Source: Sulfolobales archaeon (GTDB taxonomy: Archaea > Thermoproteota > Thermoprotei_A > Sulfolobales > NBVN01). From it: a stretch of DNA of 64,000 bases. The notes under the pieces are model-generated. The model had not been told where the DNA came from. It saw nothing but the letters and a program-made list of their open reading frames with translations, and did not search any database. The translations under genes were made by a program, and so were the position numbers. The first letter of the stretch is position 1, and each line of letters opens with the position of its first letter. Of this stretch, positions 31,416-41,667 are shown piece by piece. The stretch spans positions 1-64,000 of the forward strand of contig JAWBTQ010000005.1 in the NCBI GenBank assembly GCA_038841535.1, written 5' to 3'.

Positions 31416-32426
31416 CTAAAGTAAGTTCTCGGGATACTCCCCTATACCCATCTTTTCTAGTACTGCTATAGCTTCAGATGGTGTTAGAACCGGTTTTTCG
31501 AACTCCACTAAGTCGTCTACAGCTATCCTCGGACAAGATGTAACTACGTACGCATCTACTTCCGGACTATCTAAGTTCCTGAGCACATTGATATCGAGTA
31601 TGGGCGCAGTGTAGAGGTAGAACCTACGCTCTCTCTTCTTTAATACTCTTACTACCTCACTCACTACCCAGGGTCTGTACTGCCCTGAGATACCTAGGAC
31701 AACTCCCCAGCTCCTTGCGTTTAAGGCATCATGCATTTTCTTAAGTCTTATGGACAAAAACTTTAAGACATCTCTTGAAGAATCAGTAACACACTTAGTA
31801 TAGGGATCCACTCTCACTACCTTAGCACTTCTAACAACCATACCCACTCCAATTGAGTGAAAAACCCCTCCGGCAACGACTAGTACGGCCTCGACTTTAG
31901 ACTTCTTGAGTTCGGAAGGTACGTAGCAACCGAAAACTACGAGCGGGCCAAGTGCCACGTTAAAGCCCCCGCTTTTAAGTCTCTCCTTTATTAGCTCAGA
32001 GAGCTTCTTGTGCTGGTTAGTTGTTACAATAGCAATATTCTTCAGTCCGCTAGCAGTGAGGTAACTCTCTATTTCGCTCAATAGGGTTTCACGATCTGCA
32101 CTTATGTACTCTAGGTCAACGAACACTACTCGCGGACTCGGCCGTCGACTAGCTAGAGGATATGGGTCGTGACCTACGTGGATAACTAAGTCGTACTTCC
32201 CGGTTTCTCCGAAATCTAGCAAGCACGACCCATAGACCGGGCTACCGTCTAAGTAGACCTCTAGGTCGGCTTTTGACCGTATGTAGTCAGCTATCGCCGT
32301 ATAGTACCTCTTAAGCCCTTCAGGTAGCTGTATGAGAACTTTCTTAGCCCGCACTTCAGATAGTACTCTCAGTACTTCACTTAACTTAAGCTCGTAATCT
32401 CCCACTGAGAGGAACTCATCCGTCAA
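31416..32426 (-). CDS. dph2: Diphthamide synthesis enzyme Dph2
   Basis: [30 protein letters not shown]. Confidence 0.93.
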   Translation of the reverse strand: MTDEFLSVGDYELKLSEVLRVLSEVRAKKVLIQLPEGLKRYYTAIADYIRSKADLEVYLDGSPVYGSCLLDFGETGKYDLVIHVGHDPYPLASRRPSPRVVFVDLEYISADRETLLSEIESYLTASGLKNIAIVTTNQHKKLSELIKERLKSGGFNVALGPLVVFGCYVPSELKKSKVEAVLVVAGGVFHSIGVGMVVRSAKVVRVDPYTKCVTDSSRDVLKFLSIRLKKMHDALNARSWGVVLGISGQYRPWVVSEVVRVLKKRERRFYLYTAPILDINVLRNLDSPEVDAYVVTSCPRIAVDDLVEFEKPVLTPSEAIAVLEKMGIGEYPENLL

Positions 32427-32941
32427 GAGGAAACCTTAGTTAATTCTATTATCTCAATAGTTGACGGAACTCCCACTTTATCCTTGAACCGCCTTAGGGC
32501 TTCCTTAGCATGATCTAGGTACGCTTTATTGATTCTGACTTCAGCGATTACCGAGCCTGGGTACACTCTTGCCGCTAGCCCTATAGGCTTACCGAAAGCT
32601 CTCCTCATGCCCTCCTGGAGTCTGTCGGCTCCAGCGAAAGCCATCATCTTGTTCTCTCTCAGTACTTGATGTGGGTAAACTCTAACTATAAACAGGAACT
32701 TATCTTCACCTACTACCTTACTTAGGTACTTGTGGGTAGCGATTCTTCCAGCTTCTAGAGCGTTGTGTCTAACTTGAGCAGATTCAACAACCTTTAGTTC
32801 AAGCTTGTACTCAAAGTTCTCTCGAGAGTTACCCATGACGTACTTAACTATCTTAGGCTGAGGGACACCATCGATGTACTCAGACCTCGTGTAAGCTGGC
32901 TTATTTATACCTTTGTAGCACCTTGCTGGTCTCAGAGGCAC
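32423..32941 (-). CDS. rpl16: 50S ribosomal protein uL16 (L10e)
   Basis: [34 protein letters not shown]. Confidence 0.97.
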   Translation of the reverse strand: MPLRPARCYKGINKPAYTRSEYIDGVPQPKIVKYVMGNSRENFEYKLELKVVESAQVRHNALEAGRIATHKYLSKVVGEDKFLFIVRVYPHQVLRENKMMAFAGADRLQEGMRRAFGKPIGLAARVYPGSVIAEVRINKAYLDHAKEALRRFKDKVGVPSTIEIIELTKVSS

Positions 32942-33027
32942 GCAGTAGCACCTATGAAAGTAGGGAGAGCTAATTAATAAGCTTTTAACTATTAAGTGCT
33001 TTCTACACTAGTAGAGGTGCTAGCTAA

Positions 33028-34182
33028 GTGAAAAGAGAGATACTGGTCTTCCTGGTTTTAGGGCTAGTCTCATTAACAGCAGATATTACATACGAGGGTG
33101 CTAGATCGATCAGTGGGCCATTCCTTGAGAGCCTCGGTGCCATCCCACTAGCAGCAGCCATCGTCGGGAGTGGAGAGCTCGTGAGCTACTTAGCGAGATT
33201 CTTGGGAGGATACATAGCCACGGTGTTTATGTCGTCGGCAGTGCTTTGGGGCACCGTAGTGTTTGGGTACTTAGTTAACCTAGTAGTAATACCATTTCTA
33301 GCTTTTGTTGGAAGGTGGGATATCGCTGTAGCACTCTACGTAATCGAGAGAGTTGGTAAGGGGCTCAGAACACCAGCTCGAGACACAATATTAGCAGAAG
33401 TCACTTCTGGCATGGGGCGTGGTAAGGGGTTCGGGATCCACGAGGTTATGGACCAAGTAGGTGCGTTTGCTGGACCCCTAGCGGTATCCTGGGCTGTAGG
33501 TACTGGCGGTTATAGTCTAGCTTTTCTATCACTAGCGGTTCCGGCTGCGGCATCTGTAGCATTCGTTATTGCTGCGGCATTACTCTACCCAAGAGTTAGG
33601 TCGGTTAGCTACGAGTCGCTAACACCTCCAGGTTTCAGCGGTCTTCCGAGGCGTTTCTGGCTCTACACAGTATCTATGTCTCTACTTCTATCAGGCTACA
33701 TACACTGGTCTATCGCCTCCATGTACATGGCGTCGGAAGGCTATGCCTCAGCAGCAGGAATAGCTTTAGCTTACTCTATAGCTATGGCGGTAGACGCACT
33801 TGTAGCCTTACCAGTCGGGATGGCATATGATAAGTATGGTATTAAAAGCCTGACTCTGGCTCCTCTAATTGTGGCCGCAGTTCCAGTTTTACTGACTTAC
33901 GCAGCACCTCCTGTAGCTCCATTTGCTGCCGGGGTCTTCTGGGGTATCGCTATGGGTATATACGAGACTAACATGAGGGCAGCAGTAGCTGATTTAGTAG
34001 AGCCCCATAGTAGGTCTCTAGCCTACGGTACTTTTGGACTACTAACAGGTGTCTCTTGGTCCGCAGGAGGATTCGTAATATCGGCTCTCTTAAGTAGTAA
34101 GCACCTGCTACTACTGTATACTGCCGTAGTTGAGGTAGCCTCACTATCCGTGCTGCTTCAGCTATTAAAAACGAAAAAGTAG
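33028..34182 (+). CDS. MFS transporter
   Basis: ADITYEGARS, ERVGKGLRTPARD, DQVGAFAGP; 12 TM segments. Confidence 0.9.
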   Translation: MKREILVFLVLGLVSLTADITYEGARSISGPFLESLGAIPLAAAIVGSGELVSYLARFLGGYIATVFMSSAVLWGTVVFGYLVNLVVIPFLAFVGRWDIAVALYVIERVGKGLRTPARDTILAEVTSGMGRGKGFGIHEVMDQVGAFAGPLAVSWAVGTGGYSLAFLSLAVPAAASVAFVIAAALLYPRVRSVSYESLTPPGFSGLPRRFWLYTVSMSLLLSGYIHWSIASMYMASEGYASAAGIALAYSIAMAVDALVALPVGMAYDKYGIKSLTLAPLIVAAVPVLLTYAAPPVAPFAAGVFWGIAMGIYETNMRAAVADLVEPHSRSLAYGTFGLLTGVSWSAGGFVISALLSSKHLLLLYTAVVEVASLSVLLQLLKTKK

Positions 34183-34201
34183 GGTTTAGATAAGGTATTC
34201 T

Positions 34202-34987
34202 ATGGGGGCGCCGATGGTTAAATTCTTAGTCACGAATGACGACAGCTATGCGAGCCCTGGTCTTTCCTTACTATATAGAGTAGCTAACAGCGTCGGAGAG
34301 GCCCTAGTCTTCTCAACGGAGAGCCCTAGGTCGGTGATAGGTCACACTATAACGTTCTCAAGACCCTTGAGGGTTTACCCGATGAATGTTGGTGGGGTAA
34401 AGGTGTATTTAACTGATGGAACACCAGTGGACGTGATCCACTTAGCGCTAAACGTCTTAGGATATAAACCGGACTTCGTCTTATCTGGAATAAACGTGGG
34501 GGAGAACCTCACTCTGCAGCATATCTTCTATAGTGGCACTATAGCAGCCGCTATAGAGTCAGCCGTCGTTGGAATACCCGCAATAGCCTTCTCAGCTGAT
34601 GTCGAGAGCTTTGACCAGATCTCGACTCCAGAAATGGAGGGTATAGCCTTAAGCTACATAAAGGCTATAGTAGAGAATGTCGTAAGGTACGGGTTTCCAC
34701 CGGGAGTTGACTTACTCAGCGTAAACATCCCAAACCCAAGGAACTTCAGAAACTGCGTTAGAGTTGCTAAAGCTTCTAAAGTAAGGTGGTATTCCAGCTA
34801 CGACAGCAGGAGAGATCCTCTGGGCAGACCCTACTACTGGCTCTACATGAAGAAGCTCGAGGCTGAACCTGAAACAGACGTACACGCAGTAGAAATAGAG
34901 GGATGCATCTCGGTAACACCTCTAACAATAAACTTAAACGTTAGCACGCGGTGTCTCAGTGAGTTCAGGGGGTTACTCGAGCTTTAA
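34202..34987 (+). CDS. surE: 5'/3'-nucleotidase SurE
   Basis: LVTNDD, DGTPVD, SGINVGEN, YSGT..AA.E. Confidence 0.93.
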   Translation: MGAPMVKFLVTNDDSYASPGLSLLYRVANSVGEALVFSTESPRSVIGHTITFSRPLRVYPMNVGGVKVYLTDGTPVDVIHLALNVLGYKPDFVLSGINVGENLTLQHIFYSGTIAAAIESAVVGIPAIAFSADVESFDQISTPEMEGIALSYIKAIVENVVRYGFPPGVDLLSVNIPNPRNFRNCVRVAKASKVRWYSSYDSRRDPLGRPYYWLYMKKLEAEPETDVHAVEIEGCISVTPLTINLNVSTRCLSEFRGLLEL

Positions 34988-35022
34988 GCTTAAGTGGGCT
35001 TGTAGGTTTTTGGAGTAAGTCG

Positions 35023-36294
35023 TTACTTCCTGGCTCTAACGCTCTCCAAGATCTCTTGAGCTTTCTCCAGGGTTATTCTACCCGACTTCACCAGTTCTTC
35101 CGAGACTACATCAACTTCATCTGGTCTAGCACCAGCAGCTAGAGCTAGTTGGCGAGCGTGTAGCTTCATATGACCCCGCTGGATACCTTCGGTAGCTAGT
35201 GCTCTAAGAGCCGCTAGGTTTTGAACCAAGCCTACGGCACCCATGACTTCAGAAAGCTCTCTTGCCGTCTTAACTCCGAGTATCTTCAGTGACAGCCTAG
35301 CCATGGGGTTAGACCTTATGGACCCCCCTATAGTTCCTACGGCGATAGGTACTTCTAGGTAACCTACTAAGTTACCCTCACTATCGGTTTCCCACGTACT
35401 TAAAGGCCCGTATTTACCCTTCCTAGCAGCGTAAGCGTGAGCTCCAGCTTCAAGAGCTCTAGTATCTTGACCTGTAGCTAGAGCAACAGCTATTATGCCA
35501 TTCATAATGCCTTTATTGTGGGTTGCTGCCCTATATGGATCGGCTGCGGCGAAAGCCCACGCGTATACGATCCCCTCGACAACATCTTCACCACCTATTA
35601 CATCCTTTGGTACCTTAGTCCAAGACCTCACTAGCCGCCTATCGGCTAAGTTCGAAACTATCCTTAGGAGCACCCTACCTCCGCTAGCTTCTTCTATTAT
35701 GGGAGCTACTGCTTCAGCCATAGTGTTAACTATATTAGCTCCCATAGCGTCCTTAACGTCGACTAAGAGGTTTACTACCACCATCTTCCCGACTGGGCTA
35801 TCGAGTACTCTAACCTCGATGTCCTTAGCTCCACCACCAAGCTTTACTAGTATATCGTTAGTTGAGTTAGCGAGATCTAGTATCTCCTTCTTCCTCTCCA
35901 GTATTCTAATCACTGCCGTATGCGGTGAAGGAACTCTAACTACCTGGATTTGAGATATCATTATCTGCTCAGTAGCCATCGAAGTTATTCCACCCCCTTC
36001 ACGACACCACTTAGCCGCATTAGATGCTCCAGCCACTACCGACGGTTCCTCGATAACCATGGGGACTAAGTATTCGCGACCATTTATTAGGAAGTTTACT
36101 GCTACACCGTAAGGAAGCTCGAAGGTCCCGATGACGTTCTCGATCATCTTATCCGCAACGTCTAGACCCAGCCTACCCACTCTCCTCAGGAGAACTACTT
36201 CCTCATCTGTGAGTTCAGCAAACTCTTTTACTGCTTTGACTCTCTCCTCCAGCGACAGCTTGTAGAACCCGGGTATCCTAGATGACTTACTCAC
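35023..36294 (-). CDS. mvaA: Class II HMG-CoA reductase
   Basis: SRIPGFYK, ENVIG, EEPSVVA, DAMGAN, ATHNKGIMNG, EGIQRGHMKLH; probable start GTG 36294. Confidence 0.93.
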   Translation of the reverse strand: MSKSSRIPGFYKLSLEERVKAVKEFAELTDEEVVLLRRVGRLGLDVADKMIENVIGTFELPYGVAVNFLINGREYLVPMVIEEPSVVAGASNAAKWCREGGGITSMATEQIMISQIQVVRVPSPHTAVIRILERKKEILDLANSTNDILVKLGGGAKDIEVRVLDSPVGKMVVVNLLVDVKDAMGANIVNTMAEAVAPIIEEASGGRVLLRIVSNLADRRLVRSWTKVPKDVIGGEDVVEGIVYAWAFAAADPYRAATHNKGIMNGIIAVALATGQDTRALEAGAHAYAARKGKYGPLSTWETDSEGNLVGYLEVPIAVGTIGGSIRSNPMARLSLKILGVKTARELSEVMGAVGLVQNLAALRALATEGIQRGHMKLHARQLALAAGARPDEVDVVSEELVKSGRITLEKAQEILESVRARK

Positions 36295-36420
36295 GTTTAG
36301 CACCTTTCTAGTAACTAAGTCACAGAATTTAAAGGTATTCAAATAAGTTGTCGAAGTAGCGATACAGTTAGCTAGAAGCGTTTATAAAAACGTGAGTAAG
36401 AGTTTAACACAGGCTTGCGT

Positions 36421-36672
36421 ATGAGCTCAGAGCTTGCGGTAGCACTTGAAGACATCTACGGTATAGTTCTGTTCTTTCGCGAAAGCACCGAGGACGAAGA
36501 GCTATTTGAGGCTTTAGATCTCGTCCTCAAAAAGATTGAGGACTTCCTTATCGCAGATCACGAAGAGCGAGAGTATCAAGACTTCATAGTGGAGCTCTAC
36601 ACTACGGTTATGAGCAACCCGCTTACGAAGTTTCTCGGGGTTTACATAAGGGACTTCCTACCTAAGAGGTAG
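36421..36672 (+). CDS. Hypothetical helical protein
   Basis: Short acidic ORF directly upstream of PGI/PMI. Confidence 0.65.
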   Translation: MSSELAVALEDIYGIVLFFRESTEDEELFEALDLVLKKIEDFLIADHEEREYQDFIVELYTTVMSNPLTKFLGVYIRDFLPKR

Positions 36673-36676
36673 TACG

Positions 36677-37657
36677 ATGCGGAAGCTCCTTGAAGAGTAT
36701 ATTAACTGGAGTTTCCAGCTAGAGAGAGCACTAAGCTACGAAGTAGTTGATGCACGCTTTCTCGACGCGAGTTCCTTGAGTGGTATGGCCTTCGTTGGCA
36801 TGGGGGGCTCAGGAATCGTGGGAGACATTATCTCGAAATACCTTGAAAGTGAGCTCGACGTGCCAGTAGTAACGGTCAAGAGCTACATCCTACCCAAGTA
36901 CGTAAGTAGTGACTGGCTCGTAATAGCTATAAGCTACTCAGGTAATACCCTTGAGACGTTGTCCGCATTTCGTGAGGCCACTATGAGGAGTGCTAAAATA
37001 GGGGTAGTAGCTTCTGGAGGTCAGTTAGCCTTACTTGCTGAAAGTGAGAGATTACCTCGCGTAATTGTCGAGAGAGACCATTTACCGAGGACTGCTCTAC
37101 CGGCTCTACTAGCAGGAACACTAGGTCTTTTAAGTAAGCTGATAGGGCTGAACGTCAGCCTAGAGAAAGGTATTGAAGTTCTTCGAGATTTTAGCGCAAT
37201 CAACAATGCGGAGAGCTTGGCAAAATACCTTTATGGAGGTATCCCGGTTTTCGTAGTTTCAGAGGATTTATACCCAGTAGGACTCCGGGCTAAGAACGAG
37301 GTTAATGAAAACGCTAAAGTCGCTAGTAAAGTAGAGGTCTTACCCGAGTGGGGACATAACGACATCGTTGGTTGGGAGGGTAGTCCGAGAGAGTGGTTAA
37401 GAATAGTTGCTATTAGGGGTGGCCAAGACCCAGCTATAGACTTTGCGCTTGATTACCTTAGAGAGCTGGGATACGATATAAGAGCTCTAGAAGTCGGTAG
37501 GTATGGCTATTTCGAGACAGTTTTATACGGCTCGTGGGTAGTCGGCCTAGCTTCTGTTTTCCTAGCTGGTCTCAGAGGGGTAGACCCTGAGGCGACAAAG
37601 TCGATAGAAAAGTATAAGGAGTTCATGCGGTCCTACTTTAAGGGAACCCAAAGCTAA
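36677..37657 (+). CDS. Bifunctional phosphoglucose/phosphomannose isomerase
   Basis: GMGGSG, SYSGNT.ET, NENAK, PEWGHN. Confidence 0.92.
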   Translation: MRKLLEEYINWSFQLERALSYEVVDARFLDASSLSGMAFVGMGGSGIVGDIISKYLESELDVPVVTVKSYILPKYVSSDWLVIAISYSGNTLETLSAFREATMRSAKIGVVASGGQLALLAESERLPRVIVERDHLPRTALPALLAGTLGLLSKLIGLNVSLEKGIEVLRDFSAINNAESLAKYLYGGIPVFVVSEDLYPVGLRAKNEVNENAKVASKVEVLPEWGHNDIVGWEGSPREWLRIVAIRGGQDPAIDFALDYLRELGYDIRALEVGRYGYFETVLYGSWVVGLASVFLAGLRGVDPEATKSIEKYKEFMRSYFKGTQS

Positions 37658-37731
37658 AGGTCTGCTTAAACTCTTTAAGTAGCACAGATAGCTCTATAAA
37701 TTCTTTGTAACAGTAGAACCTGGGGTACTAA

Positions 37732-39627
37732 GTGTCTTTAAAAAAGACCTTTGGTATGAGTAGAGGTACTGTCTTGTATCTAGGCAACGAGGCTATTGCT
37801 AGAGGGGCTTTAGAGGCTGGGATTGGTGTAGCTGCTGCATACCCTGGAACACCTTCTTCTGAAATAGTGGGGTCCTTAGCCGAGGTTGCTAGCGATGCCG
37901 GAATATACGTTGAGTGGTCTACAAATGAGAAAGTAGCTTTTGAGTTATGTTGGGCTGCGGCACTATCCGGAGTTAGGGCTATCACCGCTATGAAGCACGT
38001 GGGCTTGAATGTAGCAGCAGATGCTCTTATGAGTAGTGCTTACACAGGTGTCGAGAACGGGTTTGTTGTGGTTAGTGCTGATGATCCGTCTATGTGGAGT
38101 AGCCAGAACGAGCAGGACAATAGGCTTTACGGGCTGATATCCTACGTACCCGTCTTTGAGCCCGAAAACCCCGGTGAAGCCAAGGAGCTTACTAAACACT
38201 TGTTTGACTTCAGCTCCAGAATAAAGCACCCAGTTATACTAAGGACTACGACTAGGTTGAGTCACACTAGAGGACCTGTGGAGCTAGGTCCCCTACCTAA
38301 ACCAAAGACCATTGGCGAATTCAAGCCGGGACCAGCTCACGTGCTTGTTCCAAGTAACGCTAGGTTACGCAGAGTCGAGCTCTTGAGGAAGCTGGAGGCT
38401 ATAGAGAGAGAGCTTAACTTCTTTCCCTTTAACAAGGTGTATGGTGAGGGGAGGGTACTAATCATCTCAGCCGGCTTATCTCATGCTTACTCGTCGGAAG
38501 CTATATTGAGGTTAGGTCTAGCAGATCGAGTAAGAGTGCTGAAGCTAGTGAGTATATACCCCGTCCCTGAAGAGTTACTGCTCAAAGCCGTTGAAGGGGT
38601 TGATGAGGTAGTAGTCATCGAAGAACTGGAGCCCCTCGTCGAGCTTCAGGTTCGCTCGATACTACATAAAAAAGAAATTAAAGTGAAGGTAGTTGGTAGA
38701 GAGCTGAATGAAAGAGCTTACGAAATGACGCTTGAGAGGTCTGAAGCATTATTAAGAAGAGCCTTAGGTATATCTCCAGCACCAAAAAAGGTTAATACTG
38801 AAAAAACCCAGTTCAATATCCCTTCGAGACCTCCAGTGTTCTGTCCAGGATGTCCCTATAGACCTCTGTTCTTCGAGCTTAGGCGGGTAGTTAACCAAGA
38901 GAGAATAAAGGCAGTATTCGCTGGCGACATAGGTTGTTACTCACTCGCCTACTATCCGCCGTATAGGTTGCAGGACACATGCGTCGAGATGGGTGGTAGC
39001 ATCGGACTAGCAAACGGGTTCTCCAAGGTCCTCGCAGACGCGGTCGTAGTGTCGGTTATTGGGGACTCCACCTTCTACCATGCGGGTATCCCAGCACTTA
39101 TAGACGCTGTTTATAACGAGCACCCGCAGGTCATATTAGTTCTAGACAACATGGTGACAGCTATGACTGGGCATCAGCCAAGTCCAGCTACTAGGGTAGA
39201 TGGGAGATATGTTCCAATAGAGAACTTAGTGCGCGGGGTAGGCATCGAATTCGTCTCAGTAGTCGACCCGTACGACGTGGTCAAAGTGAGAAGAGAGTTC
39301 TTAGAGGCGCTAGAGTACACTAGAGCTAGAAAGAAGCCTGCTGTCCTTATCTTCAGGAGGAAGTGCGCTCTAGTAGCTCTAGACGAAATGAGGGAGAGTG
39401 GTGAGGAGATAACTGCTTACTCCGTAGACCTAGCTAAATGCATCAAGTGCGGTATCTGCTACAGCTTCTTCGCTTGTCCAGCGATAGTCAGAATGGATGA
39501 TGGAAAAGCTTCGATAGACCTGGAGCTATGCGTAGGGTGTGGAGCATGTGTACCAGTTTGCCCAGTTAATGCTATTAAGCCAGCTAAGCAAGTAGACCAA
39601 GAGAAGTTGATGAAGTACTGGTTCTAG
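37732..39627 (+). CDS. iorA: Indolepyruvate:ferredoxin oxidoreductase alpha subunit
   Basis: YPGTPSSE, NEKVA, KHVGLNVAAD, CPGCP, GDIGC, GDSTF, C-terminal ferredoxin motifs. Confidence 0.95.
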   Translation: MSLKKTFGMSRGTVLYLGNEAIARGALEAGIGVAAAYPGTPSSEIVGSLAEVASDAGIYVEWSTNEKVAFELCWAAALSGVRAITAMKHVGLNVAADALMSSAYTGVENGFVVVSADDPSMWSSQNEQDNRLYGLISYVPVFEPENPGEAKELTKHLFDFSSRIKHPVILRTTTRLSHTRGPVELGPLPKPKTIGEFKPGPAHVLVPSNARLRRVELLRKLEAIERELNFFPFNKVYGEGRVLIISAGLSHAYSSEAILRLGLADRVRVLKLVSIYPVPEELLLKAVEGVDEVVVIEELEPLVELQVRSILHKKEIKVKVVGRELNERAYEMTLERSEALLRRALGISPAPKKVNTEKTQFNIPSRPPVFCPGCPYRPLFFELRRVVNQERIKAVFAGDIGCYSLAYYPPYRLQDTCVEMGGSIGLANGFSKVLADAVVVSVIGDSTFYHAGIPALIDAVYNEHPQVILVLDNMVTAMTGHQPSPATRVDGRYVPIENLVRGVGIEFVSVVDPYDVVKVRREFLEALEYTRARKKPAVLIFRRKCALVALDEMRESGEEITAYSVDLAKCIKCGICYSFFACPAIVRMDDGKASIDLELCVGCGACVPVCPVNAIKPAKQVDQEKLMKYWF

Positions 39628-39635
39628 GTGGTTCT

Positions 39636-40283
39636 ATGGGGCTGGTTAGAGAACTAAACATAATTGTCACGGGTGTCGGAGGTCAAGGGCAACTGTTCCT
39701 CTCTAGGCTGATCGCAGAAACCTTCTTAAGACTAGGCACGCCTTCCTTAATAGCTGAAACCCACGGCTTGAGTCAAAGAGGTGGTAGCGTTATAGTCCAT
39801 GTTAGAGTCGGTAGTGCGGTTAAGGCGCCACTTATACCGTGGGGGCATGCAGACGTTATGCTCGGAATGGAGCTTATAGAAGCCGCAAGATACGTAGATT
39901 ACCTCCACGAGAGTGGAGTAGCAATAGTCAATGAAAAAGTGATCATACCTGCCGGTCAGAGCGTGAAGCTGAAAGAAGAGGAAGTCTTTAGGTTCCTTAG
40001 AGAGAAACCAATAAAGCTGTTCGTAGTAAGGTCTTCTCAGCGAGCGGTTAACCTCGGAACACCACTCTCGGCTAATGTTCACATGTTTGGAGCATTAGTC
40101 GCTTTACTCGAAGCCGTAGGTATGTTGACACCAGGCGTGGACACCATCGTTGAAGGTATATTACCGAAAAGAATGCTAGACCGGAACTTGATTTTATACA
40201 GAGAAGGAAAAGATGAGTTAAAGGCTCGGTTGAGCTCGGGAGATATCGAAGAGATTAAAAAGGCACTAACGGAGAAGCTCTAG
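39636..40283 (+). CDS. iorB: Indolepyruvate:ferredoxin oxidoreductase beta subunit
   Basis: GVGGQG, ETHGLSQRGGSV. Confidence 0.93.
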   Translation: MGLVRELNIIVTGVGGQGQLFLSRLIAETFLRLGTPSLIAETHGLSQRGGSVIVHVRVGSAVKAPLIPWGHADVMLGMELIEAARYVDYLHESGVAIVNEKVIIPAGQSVKLKEEEVFRFLREKPIKLFVVRSSQRAVNLGTPLSANVHMFGALVALLEAVGMLTPGVDTIVEGILPKRMLDRNLILYREGKDELKARLSSGDIEEIKKALTEKL

Positions 40284-40525
40284 CTTATCTTTGAGTGCTC
40301 AACTACGATCATAGTAGTAGTAGACTTTACGTGCGGTATTTTCCTGATCTTGTTGATTATTATATCCCTTATTATATCATGACTCTGTGCTTCAACTATA
40401 GCTACTATATCGTACATACCATAAGTTTCATATACTTCCTTGATCCCCTCGATCGATTTGAGTGCGTTAAATACCTCGGTCTCACTCCCGATTTCGGTGT
40501 TAATAAGAACTATTGCGGCTGGCAA
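40280..40525 (-). CDS. Stand-alone Lrp/AsnC ligand-binding domain protein
   Basis: YETYGMYDIVA...KIRKIPHVKSTTTMI. Confidence 0.88.
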   Translation of the reverse strand: MPAAIVLINTEIGSETEVFNALKSIEGIKEVYETYGMYDIVAIVEAQSHDIIRDIIINKIRKIPHVKSTTTMIVVEHSKIS

Positions 40526-40665
40526 CTATCCCCCCAGATATAGTAAGTTCATATAGAATATAAACCTTGTTCTTCTCTTTAACTAAGAGGAAGAACATAC
40601 TTTCAGTTACTGCTAGAGAAGACTCCCATAAACGCTTAATACCTTCAAACACTAGACCTATTCTG

Positions 40666-40775
40666 GCGGGGGTGCCCGAGCCAGGTCAAAGGGGGCGGGC
40701 TCAAGACTCTTCCAGCACTACGAGTTGGAGACCCGCTGGCGCAGGCCTGCGTGGGTTCGAATCCCACCCCCCGCA
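40666..40775 (+). tRNA. tRNA-Leu(CAA) with 25-nt intron at 37/38 (about 40706-40730)
   Basis: GCGGG-CT-CAA-G[intron]A-CCCGC anticodon arm, Leu variable arm, GGTTCGAATCC. Confidence 0.92.
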
Positions 40776-41051
40776 CTATGCCGAGTAAACCACGATCGCC
40801 TTAAGGGATTTCATTTTAATACTTGGTGCTATCTGATACCAATACCAAACTCTTATAAAACTCTGTAGTGTTAGAAAGAGCATTGTGAGTCAGTAGCGCA
40901 TAGCATACTTCTTTACTGCGAAGGTTCAGTAAGACTCTAGTTGGAAGCGTAATTTAACAGGACGAAGTAATGGGCTACACAAAGAGGTGTGGGGAAATTT
41001 TTTGAGTGCGTTCTCCTAGGACGCTCATAATCGGCTACTGCTAGAGGATAC

Positions 41052-41429
41052 TCAGCTACTTCTCTCTCCCTTAGTTGTTACTATCTTTAGACGCCTCACT
41101 CTCTCAAGCACCTCTAACCACCTCTCTAGTTGGTCGAGTAGCTCTTCTTCATCTCCTTCCACCCCTCCTCTATATAGAGCTTCGGTTATACTACTTATCC
41201 TACTCGTAGCTACTGCTTCAAGTTTATCTAGTACTGCTTGAGACTGCACCTCAATGGCTTCAGAGTCGGTTTTAACGACTCTAACGGCCCCATGAGTTGG
41301 GCAGACTATTTCTCCAGACCTTAACCTAAAGAGTGGAGCGCTACAGATAGGGCATGCTAGGTCTAACATTACAGCTCCAGACCTTAGTAGCTCCGTCATC
41401 TTTTGAATTACAGTATCATCTTTCTTCAC
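41052..41429 (-). CDS. UPF0148 / Sjogren's autoantigen p27-like Zn-ribbon protein
   Basis: LLRSGAVML..CPICSAPLF...CPTHG. Confidence 0.88.
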   Translation of the reverse strand: MKKDDTVIQKMTELLRSGAVMLDLACPICSAPLFRLRSGEIVCPTHGAVRVVKTDSEAIEVQSQAVLDKLEAVATSRISSITEALYRGGVEGDEEELLDQLERWLEVLERVRRLKIVTTKGERSS

Positions 41430-41667
41430 AGTATCCCACTAGTTAATGTCTAGAGATTAAATTAATCTAATAAGCGTGGTATGTGGAGGTATTCGACGGG
41501 TAAGTAGGTCTTCTCGATGATGCATGGTGTTATCAGTCTCTAAGAGAGTAGGAATACGTCGGGTTCTACAGACAGAAAGGCTCTTTGATGCAGCCTCGAA
41601 GTAAAGACGTCGAGATAGCCTTAGTAAGATCGACTCTTCTTAAGTTGCGAGTCATTCCCAGTTCTTT

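Noticed and set aside
40567-40788. 73-aa ORF
   Set aside because: Reads through tRNA-Leu(CAA).
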